The notes under the pieces: generated by a model | The model's input: the letters and a program-made list of their open reading frames with translations, nothing else | Database searches by the model: none | What the model was told of the DNA's origin: nothing | Program-made: the position numbers and the translations under genes | In this document: positions 45,130 to 55,195 of the stretch, piece by piece | How positions within the stretch are numbered: the first letter of the stretch is position 1 | How the letters are laid out: every line of letters begins with the position of its first letter | Origin: Candidatus Aminicenantales bacterium | GTDB lineage: Bacteria > Acidobacteriota > Aminicenantia > Aminicenantales > UBA4085 | NCBI GenBank assembly: GCA_049515535.1 | Contig: JBEKTZ010000008.1 | Coordinates: 104,173 to 168,172, forward strand | DNA length: 64,000 nt | Direction of reading: 5' to 3'

Positions 45130-46105
45130 GCTCGACCGTTTTCCCGGCCGCCCGATATCTCAGCCCTTCTTTTTTCCCTTCGATCCTTCCGATCCTCGAC
45201 AGCGGGCGGCCGAATTTCCGTTCGAAACCGGCCGTGATTCTTTCATAGCGGTCCGGCCGGATCGTCGCCAGCAGGCAATAATCTTCGCCGCCCGCGGCCG
45301 CCAGGCCCCGGACGTCCCAGCCGTATTTTTTGCCCGCGCGCCGGAGCGGTCCTGACAGGGGAAGATCGTCCAGGTCGACGACCGCTCCGCAATGGGACCG
45401 TTCCATGATCCGCCGCAGATCGGAATCTATGCCGTCCGAAACATCCATCATCGCCGTCACGTCATCCCTCGCCGCCAGCCAGGCGCCTTCGGCCAGGTGG
45501 GCGCGCGGCCGGTGATGCCGGCGGATGAGATGCGCCTCGTCTTTTCCCCGCGGCAGATCATCGAGAAGGACGCGCAGCCCGGCGCCGGAATCCCCTAAAA
45601 ACCCCGTGACGCCTATGATGTCGCCGGTCCGGGCGCCCGAACGCAACTTCAAGCGCGTCCTCCGGACCCGGCCGAGAACAACGACATTGATCACGATGGG
45701 TCCCGGCGATTGGGTCGTGTCGCCGCCGAGGAGTCGAACGCCCGAGGCCTTGGCCTGTTCCGCCATTCCCCGGAAGAACGCATCGAGCCATTCGACATCG
45801 ATCTTGCCGGGAATTCCAAGAGAGAGAAAAGCCGAGCGCGGCGATCCGCCCATGGCCGCGATGTCGCTCAAATTCACGGCCAGCGCTTTGACGCCCAGGT
45901 CGCGCGGCCCGATTTCGCTCCTGAGAAAATGGACGTTTTCGATGAGCATGTCGGTCGTGACGAGGAGGCAGGCGTCTTTTTTCCAAGGCAAGACCGCGGC
46001 GTCGTCGCCGATACCGACGACGCCGGGCGGCAAATCTTTTGAAAACGCCGGCGAGAACCTCCGGATGAGGCCGAATTCGCCGATGGCCGACAGTTTCAAC
46101 TTCAA
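45098..46105 (-). CDS. thiL: Thiamine-monophosphate kinase
   Basis: AIR-synthase-related fold with the ThiL N-terminal motif (GEFGLI...GDDAAV...TTD). Confidence 0.85.
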   Translation of the reverse strand: MKLKLSAIGEFGLIRRFSPAFSKDLPPGVVGIGDDAAVLPWKKDACLLVTTDMLIENVHFLRSEIGPRDLGVKALAVNLSDIAAMGGSPRSAFLSLGIPGKIDVEWLDAFFRGMAEQAKASGVRLLGGDTTQSPGPIVINVVVLGRVRRTRLKLRSGARTGDIIGVTGFLGDSGAGLRVLLDDLPRGKDEAHLIRRHHRPRAHLAEGAWLAARDDVTAMMDVSDGIDSDLRRIMERSHCGAVVDLDDLPLSGPLRRAGKKYGWDVRGLAAAGGEDYCLLATIRPDRYERITAGFERKFGRPLSRIGRIEGKKEGLRYRAAGKTVELKRRGFDHFR

Positions 46106-46749
46106 GACCTCTTCGCCCGATGGAGGTCAAGGACTTTCCTCAGCCGCCGCGCCGCGGCCTCGGGATCGACGGCCGCGCAGACGGCCGATACGACGGCCAA
46201 CCCGTCCGCGCCCGCATCGAGGACCTGCCCGGCGTTGGAATCGTTGATACCGCCGATGGCGACCAGGACATGGCGCGAATGCTTCCGCATCCGGCGCAGG
46301 CCGTCCAGTCCCCAGGCCGCGGCCGTATCGGTTTTGGTCGGCGTCGGGAAGACCGGGCTGACGCCGAGATAATCGACGTCCCATTCCTCGGCTTTCACCG
46401 CCTGGGCCGCATTCTCAACGGAGATTCCGACGATGGCGCCGTGTCCCAGGATCCTGCGCGCGTCCTCATAGGGAATATCCTTTGGACCCAAATGAACGCC
46501 CTCGGCTCCGACGGCGAGCGCCACATCGAGACGGTCGTTGATGATCAGCGGGATGCCGCGGGGCCCCACGATCTTCTGGATCCGGCGGGCCGTCGCGATG
46601 AACTCCCGGATCGAGAGGGCTTTTTCGCGGAGTTGAACCGCCGTGACGCCTCCGCGCACCGCGGCCTCGATCACGGACTCGACAGAACGGCTTCCGGCCA
46701 GATTCCGGTCCGTGACTAAATAGAGACCGAAATCGAGCGCTTTGTTCAC
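46102..46749 (-). CDS. thiE: Thiamine-phosphate synthase
   Basis: LYLVTD start region and TIM-barrel ThiE motifs (GVHLG, GVSPVFPTPTK). Probable GTG start overlapping the thiM stop (GTGA). The Arg-rich upstream extension in the track overlaps thiM and is probably spurious. Confidence 0.8.
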   Translation of the reverse strand: MNKALDFGLYLVTDRNLAGSRSVESVIEAAVRGGVTAVQLREKALSIREFIATARRIQKIVGPRGIPLIINDRLDVALAVGAEGVHLGPKDIPYEDARRILGHGAIVGISVENAAQAVKAEEWDVDYLGVSPVFPTPTKTDTAAAWGLDGLRRMRKHSRHVLVAIGGINDSNAGQVLDAGADGLAVVSAVCAAVDPEAAARRLRKVLDLHRAKRS

Positions 46750-47549
46750 GGGCCTTCGATTTTCAAGCGGCCGGAGATATCGTCTTTTGAAAGCCGGTAG
46801 AGCGCGTCGAAGAAATGCATCTCGAAGCTGCCCGGTCCGCGGGCTTCTATGCCCGCCATTTCGCCGGCGATGCCCATGACCGCCATGGCGTGAGCCGCCG
46901 CGCGCAGAGGCGAAGGGTTGATAGCCGCGAAAGCGCCGGTCAAAGCCGAGGCCGCGCAGCCCATGCCCGTCACGCGCGGCATGAGCGGATGGCCGTTGGC
47001 TACACGAACGACGGCCTCGCCTTGGACAATGACGTCGATGGGACCGCTGACGCTCACGGCGCATCCGAAACTCCGCGACAGGCCTCGGGCGGCTTCAAGC
47101 GCATCCTCGGCGCGGTGCCGGCTGTCCACACCCTTGGTTGCGCGCTCGGCAAAATGAAGCGCCCGGATCTCAGAGGCGTTGCCCCGAAGAATGGTAGGCC
47201 GCCCTTCGTGCAGGATGTGGAGGGCGGTCTCCGTCCGGAACGGCGTGGCTCCGGCGCCGACAGGGTCCAAGACGATGGGGATGCCTTTGGTCCGGGCCGC
47301 CCGCGCGGCCTTGAGCATGGAGGCTACCCAAGACACGCTGAGCGTCCCGATGTTGAGCACAAGCGCGGCCGCCAGATCGACGATGTCCTCGACCTCCTCA
47401 GCCGCCTGGGCCATGACCGGCGAAGCGCCGATCGCGAGCAGGGCGTTGGCGGTCGTATTCATCACGACGTAATTGGTGATGTTGTGGATGAGAGGAGCCT
47501 CTTCACGAATGCGTTCGATGTCCCGCCAGATGCCTTCGAACTCGCTCAT
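46746..47549 (-). CDS. thiM: Hydroxyethylthiazole kinase
   Basis: ThiM family similarity (NITNYVVMNTTANALLAIGASPVM and the Cys-containing ATP region). Confidence 0.85.
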   Translation of the reverse strand: MSEFEGIWRDIERIREEAPLIHNITNYVVMNTTANALLAIGASPVMAQAAEEVEDIVDLAAALVLNIGTLSVSWVASMLKAARAARTKGIPIVLDPVGAGATPFRTETALHILHEGRPTILRGNASEIRALHFAERATKGVDSRHRAEDALEAARGLSRSFGCAVSVSGPIDVIVQGEAVVRVANGHPLMPRVTGMGCAASALTGAFAAINPSPLRAAAHAMAVMGIAGEMAGIEARGPGSFEMHFFDALYRLSKDDISGRLKIEGP

Positions 47550-47705
47550 GGTCGACCCTCCCGAAAGAATTCTTCGGCTTCCCCGGAGCGACGAGCAAGA
47601 GGAATCATTCCCCCCGCGCGCCCGATAAAGTCAAAGGGCGCTTTCCTAAGCTCCCCGTCCCGAAAAAAAGCCCGGCCCGTATCTCCGTGAATGACAACCG
47701 GACGT

Positions 47706-48218
47706 TTATTTCTTCATCTTCGGACAATCTGAGCCCATGGGACAGCCCTCTTCGTTGTGTCCCGCCATGCCGCCCTTGCCCTCTTTCATCTTCGCCGCCC
47801 AGTCCTGGATCTTCTTCACGGTCTCGGGGCTCTTGGCCGAAAGCGTGATCGTCACTCCGTCCTTGGTATTGGTGAATGTCTTCTCGACGTCCTTCATCAT
47901 CATCGGGCAGCTTTCCATCTCGCCCTGTTTCGTCGGCGCACCCTGCATCATCATTCCGCCCATGGGCTTCGCCGCGTCGTTGGGAGTCAAATATTTCTCC
48001 GGGCTCTTGGTGAACTCGGTCTTGCAGCCCTCGCTGCAGAAATAATATTTCGTCCCCTTGTAGTCGGCGGTATATTTAGCCCCGTCGATCTTCACCGACA
48101 TGCCGCAGACCGGGTCTTTGGCCGTTATGGCTCCGGTAGGCTGCTGGGCAATTCCCGTCGCGACGAGGATGAGCGCTGCCGTCAGAAAAATCATCAGCGT
48201 TTTCGAGTTTTTAAGCAT
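47706..48218 (-). CDS. Secreted YHS-domain, Met-rich copper-binding protein (putative periplasmic Cu chaperone)
   Basis: Signal peptide. YHS/TRASH motif (CGMSV...YYFCSEGC). Met-rich tracts (MGGMMMQG, CPMMMKD). Adjacent to copA. GGAGG RBS before the ATG at 48218. Confidence 0.6.
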   Translation of the reverse strand: MLKNSKTLMIFLTAALILVATGIAQQPTGAITAKDPVCGMSVKIDGAKYTADYKGTKYYFCSEGCKTEFTKSPEKYLTPNDAAKPMGGMMMQGAPTKQGEMESCPMMMKDVEKTFTNTKDGVTITLSAKSPETVKKIQDWAAKMKEGKGGMAGHNEEGCPMGSDCPKMKK

Positions 48219-48351
48219 TGGGACCTCCATGAATTTAGGTTTGATTTAAAAGTTATCATATACTTAAATGATAAAAATAATCAAGTTTAGCCCCCGTTCC
48301 GGAGGTGCGCGCCGCATCCGGAAGTCCGGACGCCTGCCGGGGGCTTTTCGC

Positions 48352-50604
48352 TCACGTTATGGAGGCCCGCCGCAGCCGCAGCGAATTCAAGACCACGGAC
48401 ACCGAGCTCGCCGCCATGGCCGCCGAGGCGATCATCGGATTCAGCTGCAAGGGATAGAGGACGCCCGCCGCCACCGGAATGCCGATGACGTTGTAGATGA
48501 ACGCCCAGAACAGATTCTGTTTGATCGTGCGGATCGTCCGCCGGCTCAGCACGATGGCCTGGGCCACGCCGTCGAGGTCGTCCTTGATGAGCGTGATGTC
48601 CGCCGCCTCCATGGCCACGTCCGTCCCCGACCCGATGGCGATGCCGATATCGGCCTGGGCGAGGGCCGGCGCGTCGTTGATGCCGTCGCCGACCATGGCG
48701 ACTTTTTTCCCGGATTCCCTGAGCCTTTGGATCTCGCGGACCTTGTCGGCCGGCAGGAGCTCGGAGACGACGGTCTCGATCCCGGCCAGCTTCGCGACGG
48801 CCTCGGCCGTCCTCCGATTGTCGCCGGTCAACATGACAATCTCCAAGCCGAGCCGTTTGAGCCGATCGACGACCAGGGCGGAATTCTCCTTGAGCGTGTC
48901 CGCGATGGCCAGGAGCCCGGCCGGACGTCCATCCGCCTCGATATAAACGGGGGTCTTCCCCTGGCGCGACAGCTCTGCCGCGCGTTCCGCGAACGCTCCG
49001 AAATCGATCCCCCGTTCAGCCATAAGCCGCTCGTTTCCAATGGCGATCCTCCGTCCATCGACGTCGGCTTCGATCCCCAGGCCTTCGAGCACCCGGAAGT
49101 TTCCGGTCTCGGAGAGCGCGATATCCCTATTCAGAGCTTTTTTCAGGATAGCCTCGGCCAGAGGGTGTTCGGATGTCTTTTCGGCGCTCGCGGTCCAGCG
49201 GAGCACGTCCTCTTCGGAAAAAGGGGCCGCCGCGAAAAAGTCCGTCACTTCGGGCTCGCCCTTGGTAAGCGTTCCCGTCTTGTCGAAAACGATCGTCGTG
49301 ATCCTGCCGGCCGTTTCCAGGCTTTCGCCGCCCTTGATCAGGATCCCGTTTTCCGCCCCTTTTCCCGTCCCGACCATGACCGCCGTAGGCGTGGCCAGAC
49401 CCAAGGCGCAAGGGCAGGCGATGATCATCACCGCCACGAAATTCAAGAGGGCGGACCTTAGGGCGGGCTTGCTGCCGAAGGCCATCCAAGCGCTGAAGGT
49501 CAAAATCGCGATGGCCATGACGACCGGGACAAAATAGCCGGCGATGACATCGGCCAGGCGCTGGATGGGCGCCTTGGAACCCTGCGCTTCCCGGACGAGC
49601 CTGATGATCTGGGCCAAGGCCGTATTCATTCCGACCTTGGAGGCCCGGAATTCAAAGCTGCCGGCCTTGTTCATTGTCGCGCCGATGACCTCATCGCCTT
49701 CTCTTTTTTCGACGGGCAGGCTTTCGCCGGTGAGCATCGATTCATCGACGGCGGACCGCCCTTTCGTGACGACGCCGTCCACCGGCAGCTTTTCGCCGGG
49801 CCTGACGACCACGATATCGCCGACGGCGACATCCTTGACCGGAATATCGATTTCGGCGCCGTCGCGCCGCACGCGGGCCGTTTTCGGTTGGAGGCCGATC
49901 AACTTTTTGATGGCTTCGGACGTCTGCCCCGTGGCCCTGGCTTCGAGCATCCGGCCGAAAAGAATGAGGGTGATGATGACCGCCGACGTATCGAAATAGA
50001 CCTCGGGCGGGGCGATCCCACCGGCCGCGAAAAACGAAGGGAAAAGCGTTGCTGCGGCGCTGTAAAGATAGGCGGCCGATGTGCCCACGGCGACGAGAGT
50101 GTTCATGTCCGCCCGGCCGTGTCTCGTCGCCGCCCAGGCGCCTTTATAAAAGCGACGGCCGATCCAGAATTGCACGGGCGTCGCCAAGGCCCAGAGAAGG
50201 ATATGATTGTTGAGAAAACGCGGCAGCCAGGGGAAGAATTGGGGGGAGCTGCCCAAGAAAATGACGGCACTGAATCCCAGCCCGACCCAGAAAGCCCGAT
50301 TTAACGTCTTGAATTCACGCTCCCGGACCAGGCGCTCGGCGTCTTCCCCGTTTTCTCCTTCAACCTTGATGACTTCGTAGCCGGCCGACTGAATCGCTTT
50401 TTCGATGTCGACGGGCTTGATGAGCCGGGGGAGGAAAAAGACCGTCGCCCGGGCCGTGGCGAAATTGACGTTGGCGTTCTCGACGCCGGCCAGGTTTCTC
50501 AAGGCCTTCTCAATATTGGCCGCGCAACCGGCGCAGTTCATTCCTCCGATCGGCAGATCGATCCGCTCGGCTTTATCGGCTTTATCGTGAATTTCAGGTT
50601 CCAT
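48352..50604 (-). CDS. copA: Copper-translocating P1B-type ATPase
   Basis: N-terminal HMA domain (GMNCAGC), CPC transmembrane motif, DKTGT phosphorylation site, and GDGINDAP. Confidence 0.9.
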   Translation of the reverse strand: MEPEIHDKADKAERIDLPIGGMNCAGCAANIEKALRNLAGVENANVNFATARATVFFLPRLIKPVDIEKAIQSAGYEVIKVEGENGEDAERLVREREFKTLNRAFWVGLGFSAVIFLGSSPQFFPWLPRFLNNHILLWALATPVQFWIGRRFYKGAWAATRHGRADMNTLVAVGTSAAYLYSAAATLFPSFFAAGGIAPPEVYFDTSAVIITLILFGRMLEARATGQTSEAIKKLIGLQPKTARVRRDGAEIDIPVKDVAVGDIVVVRPGEKLPVDGVVTKGRSAVDESMLTGESLPVEKREGDEVIGATMNKAGSFEFRASKVGMNTALAQIIRLVREAQGSKAPIQRLADVIAGYFVPVVMAIAILTFSAWMAFGSKPALRSALLNFVAVMIIACPCALGLATPTAVMVGTGKGAENGILIKGGESLETAGRITTIVFDKTGTLTKGEPEVTDFFAAAPFSEEDVLRWTASAEKTSEHPLAEAILKKALNRDIALSETGNFRVLEGLGIEADVDGRRIAIGNERLMAERGIDFGAFAERAAELSRQGKTPVYIEADGRPAGLLAIADTLKENSALVVDRLKRLGLEIVMLTGDNRRTAEAVAKLAGIETVVSELLPADKVREIQRLRESGKKVAMVGDGINDAPALAQADIGIAIGSGTDVAMEAADITLIKDDLDGVAQAIVLSRRTIRTIKQNLFWAFIYNVIGIPVAAGVLYPLQLNPMIASAAMAASSVSVVLNSLRLRRASIT

Positions 50605-50720
50605 GTCTTTCAGTATAGCAGAGATCGAGGCCGTTTCCAGCCGTTCCGTTCCGTGCCTATCCTTGACGGCCCGCGGACTGGCACATACAATAGGGCGGCA
50701 TTCGAAGAAGGACGCGCATC

Positions 50721-51725
50721 ATGAAGAAAGAGCAAATTCCGGGCTGGATCCTGATGATCGCCGTCGGCGTCGTCTCCATGATCCTGTCAAACCTGGTCAC
50801 GGCCGGCGGCAAGCATCCCCTGGAGGCCACGGCCCTGGCCGTCGTCATCGGCATCCTCGCCCGCAACCTGGGCCTCGTCCCGAAAATATTCCATCCCGGC
50901 ATCAAGGCCTTTGAAAAATTCCTGATCTGGGGCGTCATTCTGATCGGCGCCACGCTGAACTTCAAGGATTTCCGGTCCCAGGGACCGAAGATGCTCACGA
51001 TCATCCTGGTGACCATGCTCGTCAGCTACTTCGTCATTTACGCGCTCGGGCGGCTTTTCAAACTGCCCTGGTCGCTGTCCACGCTGCTCTCGGTCGGAAC
51101 GACGATCTGCGGCGGCTCGGCCATCGCCGTCACCGCCCCATTGATCAAGGCAAAGGAGGAGGAGACGAGCTACGCCATCGGAACGATCACGCTTTGGGGG
51201 CTCGTCGCCATCCTTCTCTATCCGAAGCTCGCCCAACTCGTCGGCGCAAGCGATATCCAATTCGGCGTCTTCGCCGGAACGGCCATCCACGCCACGCCCC
51301 AGGTTGTCGGCGCCGGATTCATCTTCTCCGACCTGGCCGGGAAAACCGCCACAGCGATCAAACTCGTGCGCAATTGCTTCATGGCCCCGCTCGCCTTTTT
51401 CATCGCCGCCTGGTACACGAAAACGTCCATCGATTCCGCGAAAAAAGACCATCAGCGCGTCAACTTCGCCAAGGCTTTTCCTTGGTTCCTGTTCGGTTAT
51501 TTCATCATGGCCGGCCTGAACACCGCCGGGTATTTCACGAAGGCCGGCCTCGACGGACTGACTTGGCTGGGACGGTTTTTGATCATCGTCTCCATGGCCG
51601 GTATCGGGCTAAACACGGTCTTCGCCACGTTCAAAAAGGTCGGGCTGAAGCCGCTTATCGTCGGCCTCCTCGGCGCCCTGGTCGTCGCCAGCGTGAGCGT
51701 CACGATGATCGCCCTTATGCTCTAG
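50721..51725 (+). CDS. YeiH/UPF0324 family putative sulfate-exporter-type membrane protein
   Basis: ~10 TM helices with Gly-rich reentrant-like segments characteristic of PF03601. Confidence 0.65.
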   Translation: MKKEQIPGWILMIAVGVVSMILSNLVTAGGKHPLEATALAVVIGILARNLGLVPKIFHPGIKAFEKFLIWGVILIGATLNFKDFRSQGPKMLTIILVTMLVSYFVIYALGRLFKLPWSLSTLLSVGTTICGGSAIAVTAPLIKAKEEETSYAIGTITLWGLVAILLYPKLAQLVGASDIQFGVFAGTAIHATPQVVGAGFIFSDLAGKTATAIKLVRNCFMAPLAFFIAAWYTKTSIDSAKKDHQRVNFAKAFPWFLFGYFIMAGLNTAGYFTKAGLDGLTWLGRFLIIVSMAGIGLNTVFATFKKVGLKPLIVGLLGALVVASVSVTMIALML

Positions 51726-51806
51726 CGGCTGGATTTTGTCTCACTCTTTTCCGGGAAGGAAAAAGAAAAAAGTGCGGATGGCCGGCATACCGGCTTCCTC
51801 CGCAAG

Positions 51807-52946
51807 TCAAGCGGCCGGCGAACCGTCCGTCGAGCCGTTTAAAGCGTGGTCGATGATCCCACCGCCGAGGACAATGTCGCCGTCGTAAAAAACGACGGCT
51901 TGCCCCGGCGTGATGGCGCGCTGCGTCTTTTCGAACTCGACAAGGACTTTTCCTGAATCCCGCGGCGTAATCGTAGCCGGGGCTTCGACGTGTTTATAAC
52001 GGATCCTCGCCCGCGCCGCCCGCGGCTCCGCCGGGCCTTCTCCGGAGATCCAGTTCACGTCCGATGCTTCGAGCCCGCGCCGATAGAGGTCCTCGTTCTT
52101 TCCGGCGACGATCGTATTCTTCCCGACATCGATGGCGACGACATAGAGGGGGTGCGGCGCGGCGATGCCCAATCCCCGTCGCTGGCCGATCGTAAAATGG
52201 GCGATGCCGCCATGCGTCCCGATTTTTTTCCCGCGCGTATCCACGATCGGGCCGGAACGAAACGCGTCGGGCCATCGTTCCTTGAGAAAGCGGGGATAAT
52301 CGTCGTCCGGAATGAAGCAGATCTCCTGGCTCTCCGCTTTCTCGGCAACCGGCAGATTGTATTCAGCGGCCAACCCGCGGATCTGTTCTTTCGTGTATTC
52401 CCCGACCGGGAACAGCGTTCGGGTCAGCTCGGCCTGCATCAGCGGGTATAAAAAATAGGACTGATCCTTCGCTGCATCAATCCCTTTCCGTAAAAGCCGT
52501 CGCCCGGACGCGGGATCGACGCCCCCTATCGCATAGTGCCCCGTCGCCACGAAATCCGCGCCGAGCGCCTTCACCCGTTCGAGCAGCAGGCCGAACTTGA
52601 TGAACCGGTTGCAGCGGATGCAGGGATTCGGGGTCCGGCCGCGGCGGTATTCCCGGCAGAAATCGGCGATGACGCTCGCCTCGAACTCAGGCCGGAAATC
52701 GACGACGAAATGAGGGATTCCGAGGGCGATCGCTACGCGGTTCGCGTCTTCCTGGGCCTTCCAGCCGCAGCAGCTCCTCAAATTCTCGGAACGACAGGCT
52801 TCTCTCGGCAGGGAAAAGAGATTCATCGTGACGCCGATGACGTCATAGCCCTGTCCCTTGAGAAGGGCCGCCGCGACGGATGAATCCACGCCGCCGCTCA
52901 TGGCCACGCCGACGACGCCTTTGGAATTTCCTGATTTTCCTTTCAT
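51807..52946 (-). CDS. mnmA: tRNA-specific 2-thiouridylase
   Basis: PP-loop SGGVDSS, catalytic Cys residues and a C-terminal beta-barrel. Typical MnmA length. Confidence 0.9.
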   Translation of the reverse strand: MKGKSGNSKGVVGVAMSGGVDSSVAAALLKGQGYDVIGVTMNLFSLPREACRSENLRSCCGWKAQEDANRVAIALGIPHFVVDFRPEFEASVIADFCREYRRGRTPNPCIRCNRFIKFGLLLERVKALGADFVATGHYAIGGVDPASGRRLLRKGIDAAKDQSYFLYPLMQAELTRTLFPVGEYTKEQIRGLAAEYNLPVAEKAESQEICFIPDDDYPRFLKERWPDAFRSGPIVDTRGKKIGTHGGIAHFTIGQRRGLGIAAPHPLYVVAIDVGKNTIVAGKNEDLYRRGLEASDVNWISGEGPAEPRAARARIRYKHVEAPATITPRDSGKVLVEFEKTQRAITPGQAVVFYDGDIVLGGGIIDHALNGSTDGSPAA

Positions 52947-53058
52947 GGCATCCTGGATGATCGGTCTCGAGGCGGAGTCATTTTACCATGCTTTTCCAGG
53001 GGCCGGAAGGGCGGCGTTCTTGGCGGAATCACGGTACCACGGTCAGATCCGCCCTCAT

Positions 53059-53087
53059 TTGCCATGACCCGCTTTTTATGCTAAAAT
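53059..53087 (+). promoter_or_regulatory. sigma70 promoter for yebC-ruvC (TTGCCA, 17-nt spacer, TGCTAAAAT extended -10)
   Basis: Hexamers are read directly. AAGGAG RBS and the ATG at 53117 follow. Confidence 0.45.
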
Positions 53088-53116
53088 TTCTGTGATTCGT
53101 ATCTTAAGGAGATCAT

Positions 53117-53869
53117 ATGTCCGGACATTCGAAATGGGCCTCTATCAAACATAAAAAAGCCGCCACGGATTCCAAGCGGGGCAAGGTTTTCACCAAGATC
53201 ATCCGCGAGATCGCCGTCGCCGCCCGCAACGCCGGAGGCGACCCCGACATGAATCCGCGCCTGCGAAAGGCCATCCAGGACGCCAAGAACGTCAACATGC
53301 CGGCCGACAACATCAAGCGGGCTATTTTGAAAGGCACGGGCCAGCTCGAAGGCGCCCAGTACGAAGAAGCCATCTACGAAGGCTACGGCCCCGGCGGCGT
53401 GGCCATTTATATCACCGCGCTTTCCGACAACAAGAACCGCACGGTTTCCGAGCTCCGCCATATTTTCATGAAGAACGGCGGCCAGATCGGGACGCAGGGC
53501 TGCGTCGCCTTCCGCTTCAAACGCGGGGGCTACATCGACATCGACAAGGACAAAGCCGAAGAGGAAAAGCTCATGGACATCGCCCTGAACGCCGGCGCCG
53601 AGGATATCAAAGACGACGGCGATACCCTGGAGATCGTCACGACGCCGGAAAAGTACGAGGCCGTGATCGAGGCCGTCAAGGCCGCGGGAATCGAGATCGC
53701 GGATTCCAATGTCGGCTATATTCCCCAGGATTATACGAAGCTCGAAGGCAAACAGGCCCAACAGGCGCTGAAACTCGTCGAGGAGCTCGAAGACCACGAC
53801 GATGTCCAGACCGTGGCCGCCAACTTCGACATCAACGAGAAGGAAATCGCTCTGTACGAGAACGCCTGA
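53117..53869 (+). CDS. yebC: YebC/PmpR family DNA-binding regulatory protein
   Basis: Highly conserved N-terminus MSGHSKWASIKHKKA and three-domain YebC architecture. Confidence 0.9.
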   Translation: MSGHSKWASIKHKKAATDSKRGKVFTKIIREIAVAARNAGGDPDMNPRLRKAIQDAKNVNMPADNIKRAILKGTGQLEGAQYEEAIYEGYGPGGVAIYITALSDNKNRTVSELRHIFMKNGGQIGTQGCVAFRFKRGGYIDIDKDKAEEEKLMDIALNAGAEDIKDDGDTLEIVTTPEKYEAVIEAVKAAGIEIADSNVGYIPQDYTKLEGKQAQQALKLVEELEDHDDVQTVAANFDINEKEIALYENA

Positions 53870-53880
53870 AGCCGGAGCCG

Positions 53881-54381
53881 ATGAAGGTTCTCGGAATCGA
53901 TCCCAGCAGCCAGTCCACGGGATACGGGATCATCGAATTCACCCGGCAGCAATACGTGGTGCTGGACTACGGCACGATCAAGCCGACACGAAAGGCGCCG
54001 CTCCACGCAAAACTCCGCGAAATCAAGAGCGGCGTGGACCGGCTGCTCGAAAAGCACGCGCCCGAAGAAGTCGCCATCGAAAATCCCTTTTACGCCCGGA
54101 ACATCCGGACCGCCATCACCCTGGGACAGGTGCGCGGGGCCGTGCTCGTAGCCGTGGCGGAGAGCGCGCGGCCGCTCTTCGAATATTCTCCCCTCGAAAT
54201 CAAAAAAGCCGTGACCGGCTACGGTCAGGCGGACAAAACTCAGGTCGCGACCATGGTCAAGGCGCTGCTGAATCTCACGGACGATAAAATGGAAGAGGAC
54301 GCTTCAGACGCCCTGGCCTGCGCTTTCTGTCATCTGAATACGCGGCTGTACCAGAAGAACATCGAGGAATCGGAGTTTTAG
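53881..54381 (+). CDS. ruvC: Crossover junction endodeoxyribonuclease RuvC
   Basis: RuvC catalytic Asp/Glu framework (VLGIDPS...E...D...). ~165 aa. Confidence 0.9.
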   Translation: MKVLGIDPSSQSTGYGIIEFTRQQYVVLDYGTIKPTRKAPLHAKLREIKSGVDRLLEKHAPEEVAIENPFYARNIRTAITLGQVRGAVLVAVAESARPLFEYSPLEIKKAVTGYGQADKTQVATMVKALLNLTDDKMEEDASDALACAFCHLNTRLYQKNIEESEF

Positions 54382-54384
54382 GTC

Positions 54385-54440
54385 AAGGGACGAGCCTTCG
54401 CGGCGGAAGCGGACCCCCGGGCAAAGCCCGGGGCACCGGC
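54385..54440. repeat. REP-like GC-rich palindromic element in the ruvC-ruvA spacer (direct copy of the 20063-20123 element)
   Basis: CAAGGGACGAGCCTTCGCGGCGGAAGCGGACCCCCGGGCAAAGCCCGGGGC. Followed by a further GC-rich hairpin up to ~54500. Confidence 0.5.
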
Positions 54441-54558
54441 TGGCGCGGGGGTGCGGGCCAATGCGCCCGCCCCGGCCGCCGTGGACGTCATTTTTCGGAA
54501 TCGGTCCGGGATTCTTCATTTTGCTTTCCCCTTTCATTTATTTTAAAATAGCCGCGAT

Positions 54559-55149
54559 ATGATCGCGTATCTTAAGGGGACGATTTTCCGTAAACTCCCC
54601 GGCCAGGTCGTCATCGACATCGGCGGCGTCGGTTATTGCGCGGCCATTCCTCTGACGACGTATTTCAAGCTGGGAGAGGTCGGCGAGCCCGCGGAACTGC
54701 TGATCCACACCCATCTCACGGACAATGCCCTGTCGCTTTTCGGATTCGCGACCGAGGACGAGCGGGACCTCTTCCTCAAGCTCATCGGCGTGTCCGGGAT
54801 CGGGCCGAAGCTGGCCATGAACATCCTCTCCGGAATGAACGCGGTCGAGCTCGTCGACGCCATTCAAAAAAGCGACGTCGGCCGGATTTCGATGATCCCG
54901 GGGATCGGAAAAAAGACCGCCTTGCGGATCGCCATGGAGCTGCAGGACAAGCTCGACAAGAAAGAGAAGCTCCTTTCGGCCAAGGGGTCGCAGGAAAAAG
55001 AGGACCTGATCTCGACGCTCCTCAACCTCGGCTTCCGGCGGAAGGAAGTCGAGCGGGTCGTGGATGAGACGCTCCGGGCCCATTCGGAAGAGAAGGCGGA
55101 GTTCGAGAAACTCCTTCGGGAATGCCTGCGAACATTGGCTAAGGTCTGA
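54559..55149 (+). CDS. ruvA: Holliday junction branch-migration complex subunit RuvA
   Basis: OB-fold N-terminus (MIAYLKG), HhH motifs (GIGPK, GIGKKTA), and a C-terminal RuvB-interaction domain. Confidence 0.9.
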   Translation: MIAYLKGTIFRKLPGQVVIDIGGVGYCAAIPLTTYFKLGEVGEPAELLIHTHLTDNALSLFGFATEDERDLFLKLIGVSGIGPKLAMNILSGMNAVELVDAIQKSDVGRISMIPGIGKKTALRIAMELQDKLDKKEKLLSAKGSQEKEDLISTLLNLGFRRKEVERVVDETLRAHSEEKAEFEKLLRECLRTLAKV

Positions 55150-55195
55150 ACCATGGAGAGAAGGGCGCGCCCCGCGGGGCCCGCGATGACATGAA

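Noticed and set aside
46102-47064. 320-aa form of ThiE in the track
   Set aside because: The N-terminal 105 residues are an Arg/Gly/His-rich stretch fully overlapping thiM in another frame. A GTG at 46749 gives a canonical ~215-aa ThiE.
47550-47700. Expected TPP riboswitch upstream of thiM
   Set aside because: Minus-strand leader shows only scattered similarity (CCCUUUGA, GGGGGAA). It lacks the CUGAGA and ACCUGAUCUGGAUAAUGCCAGCGUAGGGAA cores. Not called; recorded as a finding to test with a covariance model.
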